Shown one piece after another: positions 61,193 to 64,000 of a stretch of 64,000 bases of DNA. Both the position numbers and the translations under genes were made by a program. Numbering within the stretch: position 1 is the first letter of the stretch; each line of letters begins with the position of its first letter. The notes beneath the pieces were generated by a model. That model saw only the letters and a list, made by a program, of their open reading frames with translations, searched no databases and was not told the origin of the DNA. Source of the stretch: an uncultured Chloroflexia bacterium (GTDB lineage: Bacteria > Chloroflexota > Limnocylindria > Limnocylindrales > CSP1-4); NCBI GenBank assembly GCA_963716815.1, contig CAVQUM010000003.1, positions 261,320 to 325,319 of the forward strand, read 5' to 3'.

Positions 61193-63095
61193 GTGCTCCG
61201 GGCCTTCGAACCCGGCACCGGTGTCGATCGCGTGGCGACGGTGGTCGAGCGCGTGACCGCGACGGGCGACACCGTCGCGCCAGGGGTGCTGCGGGTCGTC
61301 GACGACGGCACGAGCCACGGCCTAGAGAGCGTGTCGCACGTAGCCGTGACCCCCGATGGCCGCGTCTGGGCGGCCACGCCGACCCATCTCTACGAGCTCG
61401 GCGTCGAGGGCGGTCTGCGCGCCATCGACGGTGGACCACAGCGCATCGCCGGCCTCGAGGGCGGCGCGGACGGTCGGCTGCTGGTACCTGCCGATGGTGG
61501 CGGATGGTTGGTCACCGACGGCAAGACCTGGCCGAGCTCGGCCAGGCCGGGGTCGGAGGCGTACAGCGATGCGGCGCTCTCCGCAGATGGCGCGCTCTGG
61601 GGCGTCACCGATGATCCCGTCATGTATGTCGATCGAGCCACCGAGGATGGTGTCTCGACCGCGTTCGGGATGGAGTTCGCCGACCCCTCGGTCGCGGAGC
61701 TCGAGGACAGCCCGAGCGATCGTTCGGTCCTCGCGCTCGCCGACGGCTCGGTGTGGGTCTCGACCGGCCTCGGAGCAGGCCTCGTGCGCTTCGATGGGGC
61801 GGACCCGGAGGCCGGCGGCGTGGGGCACCAGCCGCTCGGCGCCTACGAGGTGGGGCAGCGCGTCCTTGACATCGCGGGCAACGACGACGGGGTGGTCTGG
61901 GCACTCCTCGAGGACTCCGCCGGACAGTATCTCGGGCGTTTCGACGGCTCGACGTGGTCGCTGCATGCCTGGGACGACGTGGTCGCCGGGCTGCCCGTCT
62001 CCACGGCCGGCGGCCGCGGGCGCTCCTGGACGTTCCCGGACGAGATCGGGGCCGTGCTGTCCGATGGTGCAGTGGTCGTCGCGCCCATCGACGTGTACGC
62101 CGACAGCGGCGTATCCGCGCTGCTCCGGTACGACGGCGACGCCTCGACGGTGGCGTTCGACCTTGGGCTCGACGCTGCCGCCGCGACGCCCGATGGTCGC
62201 GCCTGGGCAGCCAGCTGGTCCGGCCTGCACCTGCTCGACCCGGCCCTCTGGCCCGGCGTGGCCGCCGCGACCGGGGCGCCCGACGACCACGTGGCTCCCG
62301 GTCGGCTCGTGCTCGATCTGCGGCCCAGCCGTCGGCTCGAACAAGCCGTGGCCTACCTCCAGCGCCAGACCGAGCAGACCGACCTCGCGCTCGACCCGGA
62401 GGCATTCCTCCGACTGGCTCGTGACCCGAGTGACCACTGGCGCGAGCGCTACCCGTTCCTGCAGGAGGCTCCGGAGGGCAACAGCCTGGAAGGCTTCCTC
62501 GCCTCCGGGACCTACGAGGTGTCGGCGGACATTGCCGCCGAGGACCTCGTCACGCAGATGCTCGAGGAGTGGGACGAACAGATGTCGTGGTACGTCGCGG
62601 AGGCAGACCGGAGAGGTATCGACTTCTACGACGCACTGGTGATCGCCAGTCTCGTCGAGCGCCAGGCCCGCGACGACTCCGACCGCGCGAGGATCGCCGG
62701 CGTCTACTGGAACCGGCTCGACCCCGAGGTCTACGGCGACCAGACCGGTGGCCTGTTGAACGCTGACCCGGCTGTCGTCTACGCCACCGAATTCGATGGC
62801 GCTCGAGGATCTGTCGGTCGCGGACTGGGACGAGCATCGGTTCTGGGAACTGCTCGGCGTCGATGACTACAGCGCCGTCGAGGTCGACCCTGAGTACGCC
62901 TCCTTCCACACCTACCGCTCCACGGGGCTGCCCGACTGGCCCATCGCCACCCCGAGCGCGGCCTCGATGGCGGCGGCGCTGGACCCGGACACCCGCGACG
63001 GCAACCTCTTCTTCTTCGCCTGTCCCGGCTCTGCCACGCACGAATTCGCGCAGACCTTCGAGCAGCACTTGGAGAACACCGCGCGATGCGAGTGA
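61193..63095 (+). CDS. Propeller-repeat domain fused to a C-terminal YceG (MltG-like) domain
   Basis: The repeats include 'TPDGRVWAAT', 'SADGALWGVT', 'LADGSVWVST...VRFDG', 'NDDGVVWALL...GRFDGSTWS' and 'TPDGRAWAAS'. Then come 'LEGFLASGTYEV', 'IASLVERQAR', 'IAGVYWNRL', 'LNADPAVVYA' and 'YRSTGLPDWPI'. A frame break lies near 62790 (gaattcgatg where gaatcgatg is expected). Confidence 0.6.
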
Positions 63096-64000
63096 TCTTG
63101 GCGTTGGCGCTCTCGCTGGTGCTGTCGTCTGCGGCCGTCACGCAGGCGGCAGACCGGCCCACGCCGAACGAGCTGGCCATCTTCTCCGACGACGTCCAGC
63201 GGCAGGTGATGCCCTGGCTCGAACAGCAACCCGAGTACGCAGGTATGTGGCTCGACCGCGACGCAGTCCAGATCGTCGTGAGCCTGACCGACGCGGACCC
63301 CGAGATCATCGCCGGCCTCGATGCCCGGGTCCCCGGTGGCGGCGACGGCTGGCGCCTGGAGGTGCCCGCCTACACCTGGAAGCAACTGAGCCGGGCGACG
63401 CACGAGGCACACAGGATCAGGTCCGGGTTGCCCGGCGCCGGGCGGCTGGAGTCGTCCTGGGTCGATGTCGAGGAGAACCGGGTCGGCCTGCGCTTCGAGC
63501 GCGGCGCCATCAAGCGCGCAGACATGGCGTCGGCCGAACGCAAGTGGGAGCGGGCGCTGGGCGTGCCAAGCCACATCTGGCGCGAGGAGATCGCGCCGTC
63601 GACACCGCACGCCGGCGAGTGGGAAAAGCTGCCCGACGCCCCGTGGGGCGCAGCCAACGCCGTCGCGCTGGCCGTCGATGGGGACATGCTCGTGCTCGAG
63701 CCCGAGACAGGCCGGGTCCTCCGCTACGACACGGACGTCCGCACGTGGAAGCGCGGAGCACGGGCACCGAAGCGCTTCGACTACTGGGCCCCGTGGGTCT
63801 GGACCGGCACGGAGCTGGTCGTGCTCGACGGCCGTCGATCCGCGCGTGTGTTCGCGTACGACCAGGCGGAGGATCACTGGCGTGGACTCCCGCGATCACC
63901 CCTTGACGGGGCGGACCTCGCGGTCTGGGCTGATGGGCGAGTGGTCGTGGCGGACATCGAGACGGAGAGCGAGGTCGACATCGAGCGCTCGCTGGCTGTG
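63086..64000 (+). CDS. Secreted protein with a Kelch/propeller-like C-terminal region; the 3' end lies outside the window
   Basis: ATG at 63086. I checked by hand that 305 codons are open to the window edge. The signal peptide is 'MRVILALALSLVLSSAAVTQA'. 'LPDAPWGAANAVALAV', 'WTGTELVVLD' and 'FAYDQAEDHWRGLPRSPL' parallel 54805..55887. Confidence 0.6.
   Translation, partial: MRVILALALSLVLSSAAVTQAADRPTPNELAIFSDDVQRQVMPWLEQQPEYAGMWLDRDAVQIVVSLTDADPEIIAGLDARVPGGGDGWRLEVPAYTWKQLSRATHEAHRIRSGLPGAGRLESSWVDVEENRVGLRFERGAIKRADMASAERKWERALGVPSHIWREEIAPSTPHAGEWEKLPDAPWGAANAVALAVDGDMLVLEPETGRVLRYDTDVRTWKRGARAPKRFDYWAPWVWTGTELVVLDGRRSARVFAYDQAEDHWRGLPRSPLDGADLAVWADGRVVVADIETESEVDIERSLAV

Overview
This is a 64-kb, very GC-rich chromosomal segment from a Terrabacteria-type bacterium. 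I cannot tell Actinomycetota-like from Chloroflexota-like using the sequence alone.

Most of the window is a co-directional housekeeping backbone on the + strand: typA, cysteine desulfurase-mnmA, alaS, ruvX-mltG, efp, xseAB, dxs, tlyA-nadK-xerD, scpAB-rluB-cmk-plsC, ispH, der-gpsA, moeA-moaC-mog, nrdR-dcd. A cytochrome-c maturation thiol-redox cluster (tlpA-ccdA-glutaredoxin-like) lies on the - strand.

Two tRNA genes mark accessory DNA.
- tRNA-Pro(GGG) at 34.2 kb is followed by about 6 kb of small membrane or secreted orphan genes.
- tRNA-Arg(CCT) at 53.5 kb is followed by a mosaic. It contains two extra copies of the tRNA 3' end, related terminal segments, and a 2.1-kb integrase-less module. 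That module encodes an HTH protein plus a nucleotidyltransferase, an AbiE/MenAT-like toxin-antitoxin architecture.
- The mosaic also holds a duplicated ECF-sigma promoter and 5' end, plus paralogous propeller and Kelch-like secreted proteins.
- It ends with an ECF sigma / membrane-protein / propeller-YceG(MltG-like) locus.

dcd is interrupted by a 346-aa intein that starts with Ala and has the Trp/Cys/Thr signature of class 3 inteins, plus a LAGLIDADG domain.

A major caveat is that roughly three dozen single-base frame breaks interrupt genes, including indispensable ones (alaS, efp, dxs, cmk). I read these as consensus indel errors. Many CDS coordinates below therefore span a frame break, and the approximate break positions are given.

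I found no rRNA, no CRISPR array, no transposase and no integrase other than the housekeeping XerD-type recombinase. All family calls rest on motif recognition by eye. No database search was run.
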